From Podarcis vaucheri (taxonomy: Eukaryota), in NCBI GenBank assembly GCA_965113315.1, contig OZ220368.1: DNA of 64,000 nucleotides; one strand, written 5' to 3'. Below are positions 1-13,231 of the stretch, piece by piece. Within the stretch, counting starts at the first letter, position 1, and each line of letters begins with the position of its first letter. The notes beneath the pieces were generated by a model, which worked only from the letters and a program-made list of their open reading frames with translations, was not told where the DNA came from and searched no databases. A program made the translations under genes and the position numbers.

Positions 1-288
1 CAGAATCAGACATGAAGAGACACCAGAGGGCGTAGCTTTGTGGAGCTCAGATATGGCCTTCCCCGTACACCACACACTCACATTGGAGGATATCAGGAAA
101 AGTATGCGGTCCCTGGTCTGCCCTTTCCAAACCAGCCCCTGTGCTGACATTTTGCAAATAACTTAGAAATCATTCAGCACCGAGAAAGTAGCCATGACCG
201 ATCCTCCTCCTCCTATGTGGCTACAACACACAAACATGTGTATGATAAATTACAGGGGCAACATATATGGGACTGCTAGCCTAATATG

Positions 289-548
289 AAGAAGAAGAAG
301 AAGAAGAAGAGTTTGGATTTGATATCCCGCCTTTCACTCCCCTTCAGGAGTCTCAAAGCGGCTAACATTCTCCTTTCCCTTCCTCCCCCACAACAAACAC
401 TCTGTGAGGTGAGTGGGGCTGAGAGACTTCACAGAAGTGTGACTGGCCCAAGGTCACCCAGCAGCTGCATGTGGAGGAGTGGAGACGCGAACCCGGTTTC
501 CCAGATTACGTGACTACCGCTCTTAACCACTACACCACACTGGCTCTC
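289..548 (-). mobile_element. tRNA-derived SINE with (CTT)n tail, Squam3-like
   Basis: The minus strand begins GAGAGCCAGTGTGGTGTAGTGGTTAAGAGC (A box), has GGGTTCGCGTCTCC (B box), an L2-like 3' end and a (CTT)n tail. Near-identical to the copy at 48842. Possible short TSD ATGAA. Confidence 0.88.
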
Positions 549-1602
549 ATGAATCCTCTCTGTTGAAAGAACATAGTTCAGTATAACTGTATGATGAAAA
601 AGGTCATCTCAGTTCAAACCTGCCTGTGGAAGCCTTGTCCTCTAAACTGAGTAAAGTGTGTGTGTGTGTGTGTTTGTTTTTGTTTGTGTGAGAAGAGCTT
701 GAGCATGAGGGATGGCCAGGAAGCCCACCCTGTAAGCTTATCACCATGAGGAAAAAACCTGAGGCTTAATGGTGTTTGAGAATGTCTATGCAAACTTACT
801 TCTGTCTATCTGTTTTACCTATCTGTGATGTCTAGAACTTCCTTGATGCATTAACCTGCATGAAGGGGACTCCACTTGTTGAAGAGGTAGCAAGGCCTTT
901 TGTTGGCCCTGTCCTCCAATATCACATGGCTCTGCAGTCCCACTCCCTGGTGTCCACACATTGAATGTGGACATATGCACCAGAGAAACCATGCATGGCT
1001 TGTATGCAGTCTGGAATCCTGTTCTTGTGGAAGCCTTTTTACAATATGTACCTATTGCTTGGCTGGGGTGTGGGAGCTGGGGAGCAGTGTGATGTTCAGG
1101 ACAAGGACAGCAGCAGAGCCTACTGTGTCTTCAAGAGATTGTGTGAGATTGCCTCTGGCAAAGCAGTGTTAGAACAGAGCAGGCAGGATTCCGAATTATT
1201 AGCTTATAGGCCAGGCATCTCCTCCACAACATGCACACACACACACACACACAGCACACACTTGTAGAAGAAACATGGACCTGTAGGCAGAGTGCAAGAG
1301 ACATGAGTGCTTCTGTTGCATGACATGCCCTTTCAATAACTACAGATCTCAGAGTCCCTTTGTTCCTGTCACATTTTCTGTGTACAGGTAATAAGAGCCT
1401 GTAGCAGCCAACTGGCAGCAGGAGGGAAGAAGCACCACCATACCAAACTGGCATTGAGGTCCCAGGGATGGTTCAAGCTAGTGCCCTGCAACTTACATGA
1501 GTGAGTAAGTTAGGTGTCTGGTTCCCAGAGTGCATAGAAGAACTGACACTTGAGCTCAAGGACTGGGAACATTGTCTAAAGGGCATTCAACAAACTTCTA
1601 AT

Positions 1603-1643
1603 ACACACCCACACCCACACCCACACACCCACACCCACACCCC
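1603..1643. repeat. (CACACC)n hexanucleotide repeat
   Basis: Read directly from the sequence. Confidence 0.85.
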
Positions 1644-2182
1644 TACCCCTTTCTGCCATATCAAACTATACATACAAATTAGGTAGCCAGAAACATAAAG
1701 AGGTTTAACTAAGGGAATTGAAAGAAGCTAAAGTATACTAATCCTATTTTTCAACGGTCTTTCTAAGGCAGCCACTCAGGTTCTTTACATGGCAATAGTT
1801 ACTGCTGTAGTGGCATGTCTCTTCCCCCACCTCTTTGGCAGTATGAGGGAGGGTTGTATTTTCCTATCCCCAATCTGCCATGCCTGGGATAATGGGATAC
1901 AGCAGCTCTTGAGGCAGATTTTTCCAAGGTGTCTGTCTACTCTGAGAAAACTGCATATTCTAAGGATTCTGGCATTGTTGTAAACAGCAATCCAGGCACT
2001 GGAGAGGGGAAATAAATTTCCTGCTGAGCCTTAATAGGAGCCGGGTGGTTGGGAGGAAGGAATTCTTCCTGGGCTCAGGTCAAAATCTGAGCTCAAGAAG
2101 AACTCAGGGTGCTGTGAGGCAAGCACTGCAAATCATCAAGGGTTATTCTCAAAACCAATGAATTACAGTCAATTACATCAAA

Positions 2183-2534
2183 GGGATGCGGGTGGCGCTG
2201 TGGGTTAAACCACAGAGCCTAGGACTTGCTGATCAAAAGGTCGGCGGTTTGAATCCCCACAATGGGGTGAGCTCCCGTTGCTCGGTCCCTGCTCCTGCCC
2301 ACCTAGCAGTTCGGAAGCATGCCAAAGTTCAAGTAGATAAATAGGTACCGCTCCGGCGAGAAGGTAAACGGCGTTTCCGTGCGCTGCTCTGGTTCACCAG
2401 AAGTGGCTTAGTCCTGCTGGCCACATGACCCGGAAGCTGTACGCCGGCTCCCTCAGCCAGTAAAGTGAGATGAGCGCTGCAACCCCAGAGTCGTCTGCGA
2501 CTGGACCTAATGGTCAGGGGTCCCTTTACCTTTA
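2183..2534 (+). mobile_element. Sauria SINE (Squam1), full length
   Basis: GGGATGCGGGTGGCGCTGTGGGTTAAACC head, AAGTAGATAAATAGGTACC core, BovB-like tail ending CCCTTTACCTTTA. Confidence 0.92.
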
Positions 2535-2690
2535 AATAATAATAATAATAATAATTATTATTATTATTATTATTACTATTTATTTATTTATTTATTTATA
2601 CCCCGCTCATCTGGCTGGGCTTCCCCAGCCACTCTGGGCAGCTTCCAACAAAATATTAACATACAGTAATCCAAACATTAAAAGCTTCCC
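2535..2690 (-). mobile_element. L2-type LINE 3' tail with (AAT)n/(TTA)n microsatellite
   Basis: Reverse complement of the GCCCAGAGTGGCTGGGGAA..CCAGCCAGATG..GGGTA.AAATAA tail seen at 21417-21486. Confidence 0.8.
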
Positions 2691-4809
2691 TAAGTGTCCC
2701 TGAACCAGACAAAACTTTTAGAAATCTTACAGCAGTTAACACCTGTATTTACCGGCAAACCAAAACTGCCTTGTAGAGGTAAGCAGAATACACCTGCTCT
2801 GCTTCCCTCCCACCAGTCAATGCTTAGGGTCTCTTCCTGCAACAGGCTTCTCAACCTGACCAGGTCCTGCTCACATTTCCCACATTTCCTGAGGTGGGTG
2901 TGGGGAATCCCCATTCCTTGTTTTGCTAAATGCATTTGTTCAGTCCTTGCAACAAACAGATTAGCCAGGGTTTTATCAGAGGAGGAGAGGAGGGAGCCTG
3001 TGATGTGATAATGGTTTTCAGCAAATCCTCAGGCTGTCACAGATTAGAGTAGCCATGGCAAGGAGTATTATCGGATCCCCCCCCCTTTTGTCTTCCTTTT
3101 CCATCGGATTTTGCAAGCCAATCTATTGTAGAGAGAGCTGGTAAGATACAAGCAGAAGTCAGTTTCAATCTGATCTGCGATTGGTTTCCTGGCAGCTGAT
3201 CTGTGCTGCCTTATCGATTCGCGTGCCCTCCACCTTGTTTGTCTGGAGAGGAAGGTGGGAAAGGGGGGTGTATAGTGGAATTGAAGTGCGTGAGCCCTTG
3301 GTGGAACCACTTTAAACTTGATACATACAATTGATCCGGAGGCAGGAGCACAAAGAGGCCAGTGGGGCCAATACAAGAAGAGCAGGAGCCGCCAGCCCTA
3401 ATCAAAGGGGTTTAAATGGTTGTGACCTTCTGATTAGAAGCGAGAAATCATGTCTGGAGGGGTAGCTAGCTGGGGAGTAGAAGGCATTGGGTGGCCTGAA
3501 GCCTCTGAGCCCGCCATACTGTTCTGTTTGTGGCCTTGGCAAGGGCTGCCTGCAGCTCACAGACCTGTGACTTTGCGCTGTTGCTGATGTGTTCTCGGGT
3601 GGTGGAGCTTAAACAATGTGGCTTGTGCTGTGCTTTCTATTGGGATTCTCATAGCACTCAATGGGACTTGCCAGCTCTGCAGCTCTGTTCCCATCTAGAT
3701 GGTGAGGGTGGTATAGTCAGGTTCAATTTGAGCCAGGATGTGCCAATATCAGCTGTGGACCATGCTTTCAAAGCCAGGGCTCAGTCCTGGAACATGCACC
3801 TTATATAAACAGAGCAAGTTCGGAACATCTTTGTGTTTCTACTGAAAAAACACAGCTAACCCCACCCCAATGTATCTGAATCAGGGAGTAAAGTCTTTCA
3901 GAGCAGAACTATCATTTCCATCAACCCTGGCTTCTGTCTTTTTAGAAATCAAGCACTGCGCTAGCTGCACACTCACATAGTTCCAGGAGGCCGGGGGCTT
4001 GTTTTGCCTGGCCCCAAATCATCAGTCAGCAGGTTTGGATGGGCGGGAATAGGGCCTAGAACGAGTAATGGGCCTGAGTGTGGAAACAGTGTTAATAAAG
4101 TGTATTTCACTTTTAATTTTGACATCCAGTGTAATGATCTTTTTAAGGCCCTATCATATTATCTGCATGACTAGATTATTGAGTCTTCATCGTCTCCAGA
4201 TAAATTTATGGCTGGGATGAGGCTTGGAATTTATTATCAGTCAATAGAGCTCGATCCTCTAACAAGGCGTGTAATAAGATATACATATTTAATGATCCGG
4301 AGTGAAGCAGCCTGCTAATGGGGGTCGACACTTCTATTCTCTTCCCTTCTCAAAGGTAGCCGGCTCTGGCAGTCCCAAATGGCCTCTTCCCCGATCGGAC
4401 CCCCTTAAACAGGGGCAGCTGGTGACGGCTTCCCTGCTCTCACCGTTCTGAGCAGAGTTTTGCAAAAGCCATATATTAGCTAGCTTGCAGGAGCTGTAGC
4501 ATGCCCACAAAGTGAGTTCCTTCCCTCCAACTTCCAGAGAAGATTCTTTGGGACCTAAGTGTTCTCTGGCACTTCACAGGCTGGGTAGGCTTGAACTTGG
4601 TACTTCAGAGAAGATGTCTAATAGAATAAGAACACCCATTGGCTAAATGGTACTGAATAGTTCTGAAGACAGAGTGGCTCTGTTCTAGTGCTTATGGAAC
4701 CATGGTTCTCTCCCCCCCCCCCCGTGCCCTCAGAATCTCCATGTGTAGTTGAATAAACTGATAATTAAACAACAAAATAATGCAGTTTTCATAGGAATGA
4801 AACTGCATA

Positions 4810-5050
4810 CAGTGCTACCTTGGTTTATGAACTTAATCTGTTCTGGAAGTCCATTCTTAAACCAAAGCATTCTTAAACTAAGGCGTGCTTTCCCATAGCA
4901 GCGGGGGACATGGAACACACTCAACAGGAAGCGGAACATGTTCTGCTTCCAAAGCAAAGTTCACAAACCAAAACCCCTACTTCCAGGTTTGCAGCGTTCT
5001 TAATCCAATTTGTTCACAAACTAAGCTGTTCTTAAACCAAGGTACGACTG
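4810..5050. mobile_element. Tc1/mariner (Tigger/pogo-like) MITE
   Basis: TA|CAGTGCTACCTTGGTTTA ... TAAACCAAGGTACGACTG|TA terminal inverted repeats with TA TSD. Confidence 0.85.
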
Positions 5051-5807
5051 TACTCCACTTGGACTTTCACGTGCCAGGATTATTGTGATAGAGGCAGCTT
5101 CATGCTCTGCCTAGTTTGATGCCTTGGGTCCAACAGTGAAACATCACATTTCTCTCACATTTCTTTTAGTTTCTGCATTTCTGTTTTGTGTATGCAGTCT
5201 CAGAAAGACATGCATTCTGATAAAGTCCCTATCCCATTCCTATGAGTATCACCATTCCTTCTAATAGTGAACTTGGGTGGATGAGGGTTCTATAAGTGGG
5301 TCCACCCAAAAATAAATTAGTGGTTTCTGCATACTCAAGGGACTTCCTAGGCATAGCATAGTCTTGTTAATTAAAGGGGAGAGGGTTCAGAACACTCTGA
5401 CAAGGATCTGTGATCTTCCAGGATGTATGGAATGTTGAAGGCAGTTGAGAGACAGAGTAGAAACTTTATATGGGGAAGGAGAATGCTTCAAAAATTTAGT
5501 GGTCTCTTCTAGCGCAAAGCTGCAGCTTTATCATTATGCAGGGAAGATTTGGGTTGAGGGATGCATGCTGTCACATCTAAAAAATCCCACCCCTGTGCTG
5601 GGCGAGTTCAGGCCTCGCAGTCAGGCCCAAACCTAAGCCTTCTAGCTTTATGTTTTAGTCTGGCAGGAGAAGGCTTCAGGGTCTTCATCCTTCCTGATAC
5701 TCCTGAATGAGACCTAAATAGCACTTCAAAACTCCTTTCTCACAGACACCACAACAGGAAGAGAGGCAGGGATACACTGATACATTTTGCTACAGATTCC
5801 ACTTGCT

Positions 5808-6179
5808 CATAGAATCATAGAGTTGGAAGGGACCCTGGGGGTCATCTAGTTCATCCCCCTGCAATGCAGGAATACAATGGTACCTCGGGTTACATACACT
5901 TCAGGTTACATACGCTTCAGGTTACACACTCCACTAAGCCAGAAATAGTGCTTCAGGTTAAGAACTTTGCTTCAGGATAAGAACAGAAATCAGGCTCCGG
6001 CGGCACCACTTAGCTAAAGTGGTGCTTCAGGTTAAGAACAGTTTTAGGTTAAGTATGGACCTCCGGAACGAATTAAGTACTTAACCCGAGGTACCACTGT
6101 ATGCAGCTGTCCCATACAGGGATCAAACCTGCAACCTTGCTGTTATCAGCACCACACTCTAACCAGCTGAGCTATCCAG
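5808..6179 (-). mobile_element. tRNA-head / CR1-tail SINE split by the MITE
   Basis: Minus-strand head CTGGATAGCTCAGCTGGTTAGAGTGTGG...GGTTTGATCCC and CR1-type tail CCCTTCCAACTCTATGATTCTATG. The two halves join across the TA site. Confidence 0.8.
5875..6099. mobile_element. Tc1/mariner (Tigger/pogo-like) MITE nested in a SINE
   Basis: TA|CAATGGTACCTCGGGTTA ... TAACCCGAGGTACCACTG|TA, with internal CTTCAGGTTA repeats. Confidence 0.9.
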
Positions 6180-6687
6180 ACTCCCAATAATGAGCTCAGG
6201 TAGCTGAGTTCCTCTTGATGTGGAATTGAAACATCCCTCTTCCCCCAGTCTGTGCTATGCTGATAAGAATATTTATTTCAACAATTTATATCCACTTAAT
6301 ATCATAGGTTAGAAGAAAGATACAATAGAGAAAATTGATCAGTAAAACTTTCTTAAAATGCCTACTGAAGCAAAAAGAAGTCTGGCCTACCTAAAAGGGC
6401 TGTTGTAAGAACTACAAGAAAGCAGTGTACTGTATGTTCCAAATAGTTATATGAATGCAATTGTTACCACAGCTATAACTCTGCATATGGTGAAAAGGAG
6501 ACTTTCAACCACAGCAGGCTTGTTTTTTCTTTAGAGTCTTTAGATTCAGTCTGAAGCAGTTATCATGGTGACACTCAGCAAGAGTCTAAGATGCAGCTTT
6601 CTTTTCCTGGGTCAACTTCACCATATTAGCCTCATGTAAATGTGAAATTGGAAGAAACAATACTTTTTCTGTATATTAATCTTAATA

Positions 6688-6883
6688 CAGTGGTGCCCCG
6701 CAAGACAAATGCCTCGCAAGACGGAAAACTCACTAGACGAAAGGGTTTTGCGTTTTTTGAGCTGCTTCGCAAGACGAATTTCCCTATGGGCTTGCTTCGC
6801 AAGACGAAAACGTCTTGCAAGTTTGTTTCCTTTTTCTTAACACCGTTAATACAGTTGCGACTTGACTTCGAGGAGTACGACTG
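6688..6883. mobile_element. Tc1/mariner-like MITE with internal CGCAAGACG repeats
   Basis: TA|CAGTGGTGCCCCGC ... GAGTACGACTG|TA; the TIRs are imperfect. Confidence 0.75.
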
Positions 6884-6944
6884 TATAGGCATATGCAAAA
6901 CCAGGTAAATTTAAGCATCAACTTTATTTCTAAAAGCAGCGCCC

Positions 6945-6998
6945 ATAGCTAATCCTTAAAGTAATAGTTAGTAATAGCTAATCCTTAAAGTAATAGTT
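6945..6998. repeat. Tandem duplication, 25-bp unit, period 29
   Basis: ATAGCTAATCCTTAAAGTAATAGTT at 6945 and 6974. Confidence 0.9.
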
Positions 6999-7056
6999 TA
7001 ATGAATAAATTATCCTATGCTTTGATTTATTAATCTATTGTCTCCCCACATTTGCA

Positions 7057-7059
<3 letters not shown>

Positions 7060-7095
<36 letters not shown>
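7060..7095. repeat. (AC)n microsatellite
   Basis: Read directly from the sequence. Confidence 0.95.
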
Positions 7096-7097
<2 letters not shown>

Positions 7098-9452
7098 TGT
7101 TACCTCCTAGAATGGCTTTCTTGTAAATTCTGGGCTATTGTTGAATGTGTGGTCCTTGTCTTTGGTGGGGACCCAGAGAGATACATAATATTATTGGTTG
7201 CTTTTCATAATAAAAGTTTTTTGAGGCTACTGATAATGTTGATCAGTTCATTAGAGCCCATGTAGTCTGATGAAGAGCTGTGGATTGTTAGAAGTAGTCC
7301 TGGCAAAGAACGATCAGTAGGCAGAGTACCAGAGAAATCATTTAAAGGCACAAAACAAATGTAGATTCTTCCCTTGTGGAGATGGAAGAAACTCCCTCTT
7401 GAGCACAGGAGGCTGTTGTGCATCTGTAGCTAGATAAAATAGTTCCTCACCCCTGGCTATATTTTGAGCCTCCGGTGCTGATTTTTCCAGCCCTTTGGGA
7501 TGTTATTAAATTAGTTTCCCAGGACTTTTAATAAGCACTTTTGATTCCTTTGAAGCGTGTGGCTTTGTGGGAAGATTACAGCTCTGCATCCTTCTCGCTG
7601 GGAGAGAAACAATGGCAAGGGTCTGGCGTTTGATCTGTCCTTCCGAAGGCAAGAGAGACAAAGGGCTGGACTGAGGATTGGGAGCTAATGTTTAAAAATA
7701 GGCAGGTCTCCCTCCAAGATAAAGAGAGCTGGCCTTCTGTGTGCAATCAGTGCCTCTGCCTTGCTGGACCTGCCAAAATGAAGCTGGGCTTATTTGAAAG
7801 ATTTTGAGTATAGCTCTGCAGTTTCATTCCGAAGCCTTTCAACGCAATAACTAGGCCATCTCGCCTGGCTTTAAAGCAGAAAACTTTATATTAGGACTCT
7901 TGGAAGCTCCGGAATTGCAACCCTTCCCTTTCATTCCTTTTTCTTGTCATGGTGTGTCACTCTCAGGGAGAAGTAGCTCTACTTAACAGATTCTCCCATT
8001 TTGACTTTGATGTCTCTTCCTAATTAGGGTCCCAATCCCAGTAGCTTCAGCTGAACCAGGAAGTGACCAGGGGGTTGTTCAAGGCTTGCTGGTGAGACGT
8101 GGGGAGGGATTCAGTGCCGTGCTAAGGTGATTGTTGCATCAGGGCAAGCATTTTGGCTTGCAGACTGAACAATATCCCCTCTCCTTCCTGAGCAGGCTGT
8201 TCCAAGGGTTCTCCCCCTGCCCAAGAGCCAATTTTTGGGGGTGCAGGTGGGAAAGCCCCTGTTGCACAAATGAAAGCCCTTGCATAGGGATTCCATTAAT
8301 GGTCTTATTAACTGAATCCCACTCAGGAGCAGTGGATGGAAAGGGATGGAAGGGCAGCTGCTCTCAAGTCAACGAATATGGTAAAAATAATTTCTTGACA
8401 AGGTAAAAATAATGGGAAAGTGGAGTAGCTGGAAGACCAGCTCTTACCACCTACCCTACTCAAAGGGTGCATCTCCTTTCTATCTGGCGGTAAGGATGCA
8501 AGCAGCTATTTGGGAAGATAAGATTTACCACTTCTTGCCTGTCATATACTTCTTGTGTAAGATACCAATGAAGCAAAAATATCTGTTAATATTTAGGACC
8601 AGGTTCCTCTTGCAACCCAGGATATCCACAAGAGACCAGTGGGGCTTCAGTGGAGTTGAATGGGTGATCATTATAATTTCATTTTAAAATCTTTGATTGT
8701 GAAGGTACCCATGAGGCCAGGTTATAGTCCCTAACACATGGTGCAAGTGTAGACAGAAAAGGCCGGTCCTTGCTTGTAGCAATCCAAGCATAGGAATATA
8801 GAACCCAGAGGTGCTTCAGTGCCTGCAGAAGTGACTGGTGCTTTTCTGCAGCAAGTATTGAAATTTCTCATTGCTGGAAAGGAAACCCCAGTGTTCATGT
8901 GAGGTTCTCAGCAGGAGAAGCCAAGAGACAGCGATGAGCAGTTTAGCAAGGGCAGAAAGTTCCAGGGAGCAGAGCCCTGCCTTTATCAGCAGTAACTACT
9001 GCTGACTTTAACAGCCAGGCATAAACTTGCCATAAATATTGTGAGGATAAGTGCTAAGACATGACTCCTTTACAGCGAGCAGAGGTCTGACCTTCCCCTA
9101 GAGAATATATGGCTGTATACCAGAAGCAGTATTGCTCTAGCCATTTCTTCTAGTGAGAGAGGAGGCAATGTCCTTGCAGGCAGGTATACACTACTGCTGT
9201 TTGCCCCACACTCTGCCTTCCCAATGTTGCTTTTAGAATAACATTTTCAGCTATTGAATTGTGACTTCTTACCTCTTTCTACACTAGATCCATGGAACGA
9301 TGCTGTGAAAAGTTCAGTGTTCTCCCACTTTTTGTAATCAGAATTACCTATAGTAGAGTTCGGGAAGTAACCCAGAGCATGTTCTTATCTGTGATCACAC
9401 AGGAGATCCATGGAAGATCAGGGAGTGGAAAATAGTACCGCTCCTACATATA

Positions 9453-9641
9453 CAGTGGTACCTCGGTTTACAAACTATTCGGTTTGTGAACTTTACCTCG
9501 GTCTAAGAACGGAAGCTGAATGGTGGAAGGGCACTGGCGGCAGGAGGTCTCATTAGGGGAAGTGTGCCTCGGTTTAAGAACGGATTTGGTTTGAGAACGG
9601 ACTTCAGGAACGGATTAAGTTCGTAAACATGGGTACCATTG
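9453..9641. mobile_element. Tc1/mariner (Tigger/pogo-like) MITE
   Basis: TA|CAGTGGTACCTCGGTTTAC ... GTAAACATGGGTACCATTG|TA, with internal AGAACGG repeats. Confidence 0.85.
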
Positions 9642-10030
9642 TACTCTTCTTCAAAGAGAGATGCACTGGATCACTTGGGGCTAGCAGTCTCCATACTCAA
9701 ACCCTTTCCCCTGCAATAGTCACAGACAAATATGAGCAATTCCCCTGGTGTTACCATTTTAAACACAGTTGTGCTTCAGGCACTACCTAACGACGTATCT
9801 TTCCGTAGTGCAGACCTACACCGTGCCCCCCTCCCCCAACTCCCAGTCTCTGAGCTCCCTTACACATTTCGAACTGCATGTAGAACAGCTTCTGTGCCGG
9901 AAATGGCAATCCATCCCCATTGCCAAGACAGTCAAACACCTGGCTGGTTGATTTGGAGCAGTGAAGGATGGAGATCCTTTCAGCTTAAGAGTATTGGCTC
10001 CTGCTTCACCCCTGACCCTTACACTCTCTG

Positions 10031-10032
<2 letters not shown>

Positions 10033-10069
<37 letters not shown>
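10033..10069. repeat. (GT)n microsatellite
   Basis: Read directly from the sequence. Confidence 0.95.
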
Positions 10070-10072
<3 letters not shown>

Positions 10073-13000
10073 ATGAGTGCTCCCGGGAACACCCACCAGA
10101 GCAAAACTGGGGAATAATGGCTAAATCAAGCTGGCACATACAATTAGGCATCTAAATGCACAAGAAAGTTGAGGAAATAACGGATTGTGACAATTGTTTT
10201 CTAACAAATTCTGCCCCAGTTTAAATCCCATTTGGGGTCCTTTCTGGTCATTAGGTATGTTTTAAGCTGTTCTCCATAGCATCACACAGCCACTCAACCT
10301 ATGGCACAGTAAACCTGAGCATCTTCTGTGTGAGGCTCCTGTGATGAATGGGGCTTGCTCAAAAACATGGATATGCTTTGGCTCAGTTGCCATTTATTTC
10401 ACTGGAGCTTGCACAGAAAACGATGTTGTTGCCAAAGTATAATTGCCTGTGGGCCAACTTAACCATGGTACCATTCAGTTAGCAATTGTATGAATGTTCA
10501 TTTAAGTGAATATAGCTGGTGTAGCAGTTATGGGGGCCTGGTCTGGATTGGGACGGCAAAGGGTTTAAATTCCTCCTCCAAACAGGGTCTCAATCAGGAT
10601 TGAGGCTCTCGTGCCTAACATCTATACTTCCAAAAATTCATTTAATTGGCCCTAAGATTCTTCTCTGAAATATATTGCAGACCAGGAAATGTGGCTGTAG
10701 AATTATGAGGGGGTTAATTAAAGGTTATAATTGAACATAGTCATGTGTGGATCAAACCAGTAACCTTGTAAGAGCTATTAATATCATGGTTTCCCCAGTG
10801 GAGGACTAACTGCAAATCCAGGATGGAAGATTCCAGTTTGCTTTCTGTCTTCTTGCAGATGCCCCTCTTCTCCTCTCTCTGACATTAGAGGAGCATTGTA
10901 AAGGGAGCAGTGTGGGACCAAGGCATATTCTTAAGCAAAAGTGGTTTCTGTGGATTATAGGGACCAGAATTAGTGCTGTCAAATGATGAGTCATATTTGG
11001 GGAGGAGTTCTCATAATTTTGCTTAGACTGAGGTCTGGATAGGTACATCAGCCAATGTGGAAACCTTTAAAACAAGTCATAGCAAGATCTCTTAACCAAG
11101 CCCAGATTAATAACTGTCCAAGTCCATTTCACAGAGGAGACATGCTTAGGGAACTGGGTCTGTCATTCTGGATTGGCCCAGATCCTGAGCAACTGGTGAG
11201 TTTTGAGTCCTCTTTGCCTCCCTGCTCGGATGCATGCTGGATTTCTGAAGTGTCTTAACACCTATAGAAACGGTATAGCACAAAAATGCTCCCTTGCAGA
11301 GTGGTATACTAATTCCCAGGAGAGAGACATTATGCTGCACTACAAGGAAGTCACTTAGAAAGCCCGCAGATATTTTTGCTGCTATTCTAAGCCAGGCTTT
11401 GTATACCCCCAAAATTCTATCTGAAGTGCAGAAATGAATGCCTCTTGGGATATAATTAAGCCAAACAGATTCGAAGGGAATTAAGGCATAGTTTAGAGAT
11501 AGCAAGAGAGAGCGCAAGAGGAAGTCCACTCAAGGTTGTGATTTGCAACAGAATCAGTTTTCTTATGTTAATACGCTATGGGAATTTAAAAACAAAACAG
11601 AATTGCCAGTCAAATTTGGCATGATGGAGAAAATTAGTTTTGTATCTCTAAAATATATTCATTAGTTTTTCCCTGGTCTTTCTGGTGGAAAACTGGTAAT
11701 CAGTCTTCAGTGCAACTCCAGCTCATTCCTCTCAGTGCTGGGTTCAGCCCTGGTCTAGGTATAGTGCTAACACAGAAGTATTTTTAAGGATGATGTGCAA
11801 AATGACCATCTCCCATGCTGTATACTCACAGTCCACACCTCACATCTACAGTTACGGGACAGGACGTTGAAACCTGAAGGCATGGCTTCATAGCCCAGGG
11901 AAATCCTTATGTGAAAAAAACAGCTATTGGCAGGATTGTATCTCTAGTGGTAGCCATTTTGGAGGGAAAGGTCCCCGATAACTGCCCAAGGAAACTCTGA
12001 GGGTGGGGAGTGTGTCTGATTTTGCAAGACATGTTGTCGGTGTCTGTCTGTCATTTGGTGGGATTTTTATGAGTGGTGAGCATAATACAGGACTGTATGA
12101 ATAGGATTGTCTAGCTGATGGTGATGTATCGTTTTTCATTACCGCCTCTCAAGTCCTCTCTGCTCCATGTGTGGAAATCCTATTTATTCTCTAATTTGTA
12201 AAAATTCCCTCCTTATCTGATACCAATCAGGGAGGGGTAATTGCCTCTCAGGGCCAGTGGCTGGGGGCCTGATGAAGAGATATGTGTGCTGGCACTGTCT
12301 GTCCAGGCGCTGTGGCCTGCTGCACCATGTGCGTGGGCCACAATTAATAATGATTTGCAAATGGCAGACAAGCAATAACGCAGAAAGATGTCCAGCCAGC
12401 CTCCTGCCCGCCCCTTAATTTCCACCGGTAATATAAATGGCATGGGGACGAAAATCCAGCACTATAAATTCTGAAATTAGTTATTCACCATAATAAATGG
12501 ATCCCTTATCAGCTCCCTCCTTCCTCCCCTCCCACCCTACTTTTCCCTTCTCTCCAGCCCGCTCCTTGTCCTGCCAAAACACAGACTTCATTTGAGCCCT
12601 AATATGCAAATGCTGTAATTTAACGGGATGGTGAAGTTGATTTCCGTGTTAACTTAATTATTGTGATTTATGAAACCCTGGTCCACAAGACACCACTACA
12701 TCATTGTCCCTCCTCTCATGGCCTGCCTGTCATTCTGGCAATCCACTTCCTTATGTCTTACCTTCCTTCCTTTGCCTCCCCCCCCCCACACCCGCATTTT
12801 GCATCCTCTTCCAAGTTTAGTGTTTTATTAGCCAGCTTTAAGTGGGCATAAGTCCTCAGCACAAACAGGCACTGGGGCGGACAGCCTCTCGTTCTGCCGT
12901 GTTTAATCGTGCCTGGATAATGGATGTCTAATTGACTCATTTGAATGCTTTTGCCTACAGGAGTGCATAGCATTAAATGTTTGATTGCCTTAATTTCCAA

Positions 13001-13091
13001 ACACATCATTATCCCCTTCTTACCCGCTCTTAATAAACACTTTATGAGGATTTTTTTTTGCGCAAAGTAGGAAAAAAAATCTCCACTCCTC

Positions 13092-13231
13092 NNNNNNNNN
13101 NNNNNNNNNNNNNNNNNNNNNNNNNNNNNNNNNNNNNNNNNNNNNNNNNNNNNNNNNNNNNNNNNNNNNNNNNNNNNNNNNNNNNNNNNNNNNNNNNNNN
13201 NNNNNNNNNNNNNNNNNNNNNNNNNNNNNNN
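13092..13231. other. Assembly gap (140 N)
   Basis: Run of n. Confidence 1.

Noticed and set aside
286-513. 75-aa ORF starting MKKKKKKK
   Set aside because: It is the antisense reading of a SINE and its (CTT)n tail.
5875-6099. Regularly repeated CTTCAGGTTA units resembling an array
   Set aside because: Internal repeats of a TA-flanked MITE in a vertebrate genome; not CRISPR.
6102-6179. tRNA-like sequences here and at 2183, 48842 and 55915
   Set aside because: They are SINE heads continuing into LINE-derived tails, not tRNA genes.
10836-11200. Strong acceptor (tttgctttctgtcttcttgcag|AT) as a possible ERI3 exon
   Set aside because: The translation does not resemble ERI3 and there is no convincing paired donor or other support.
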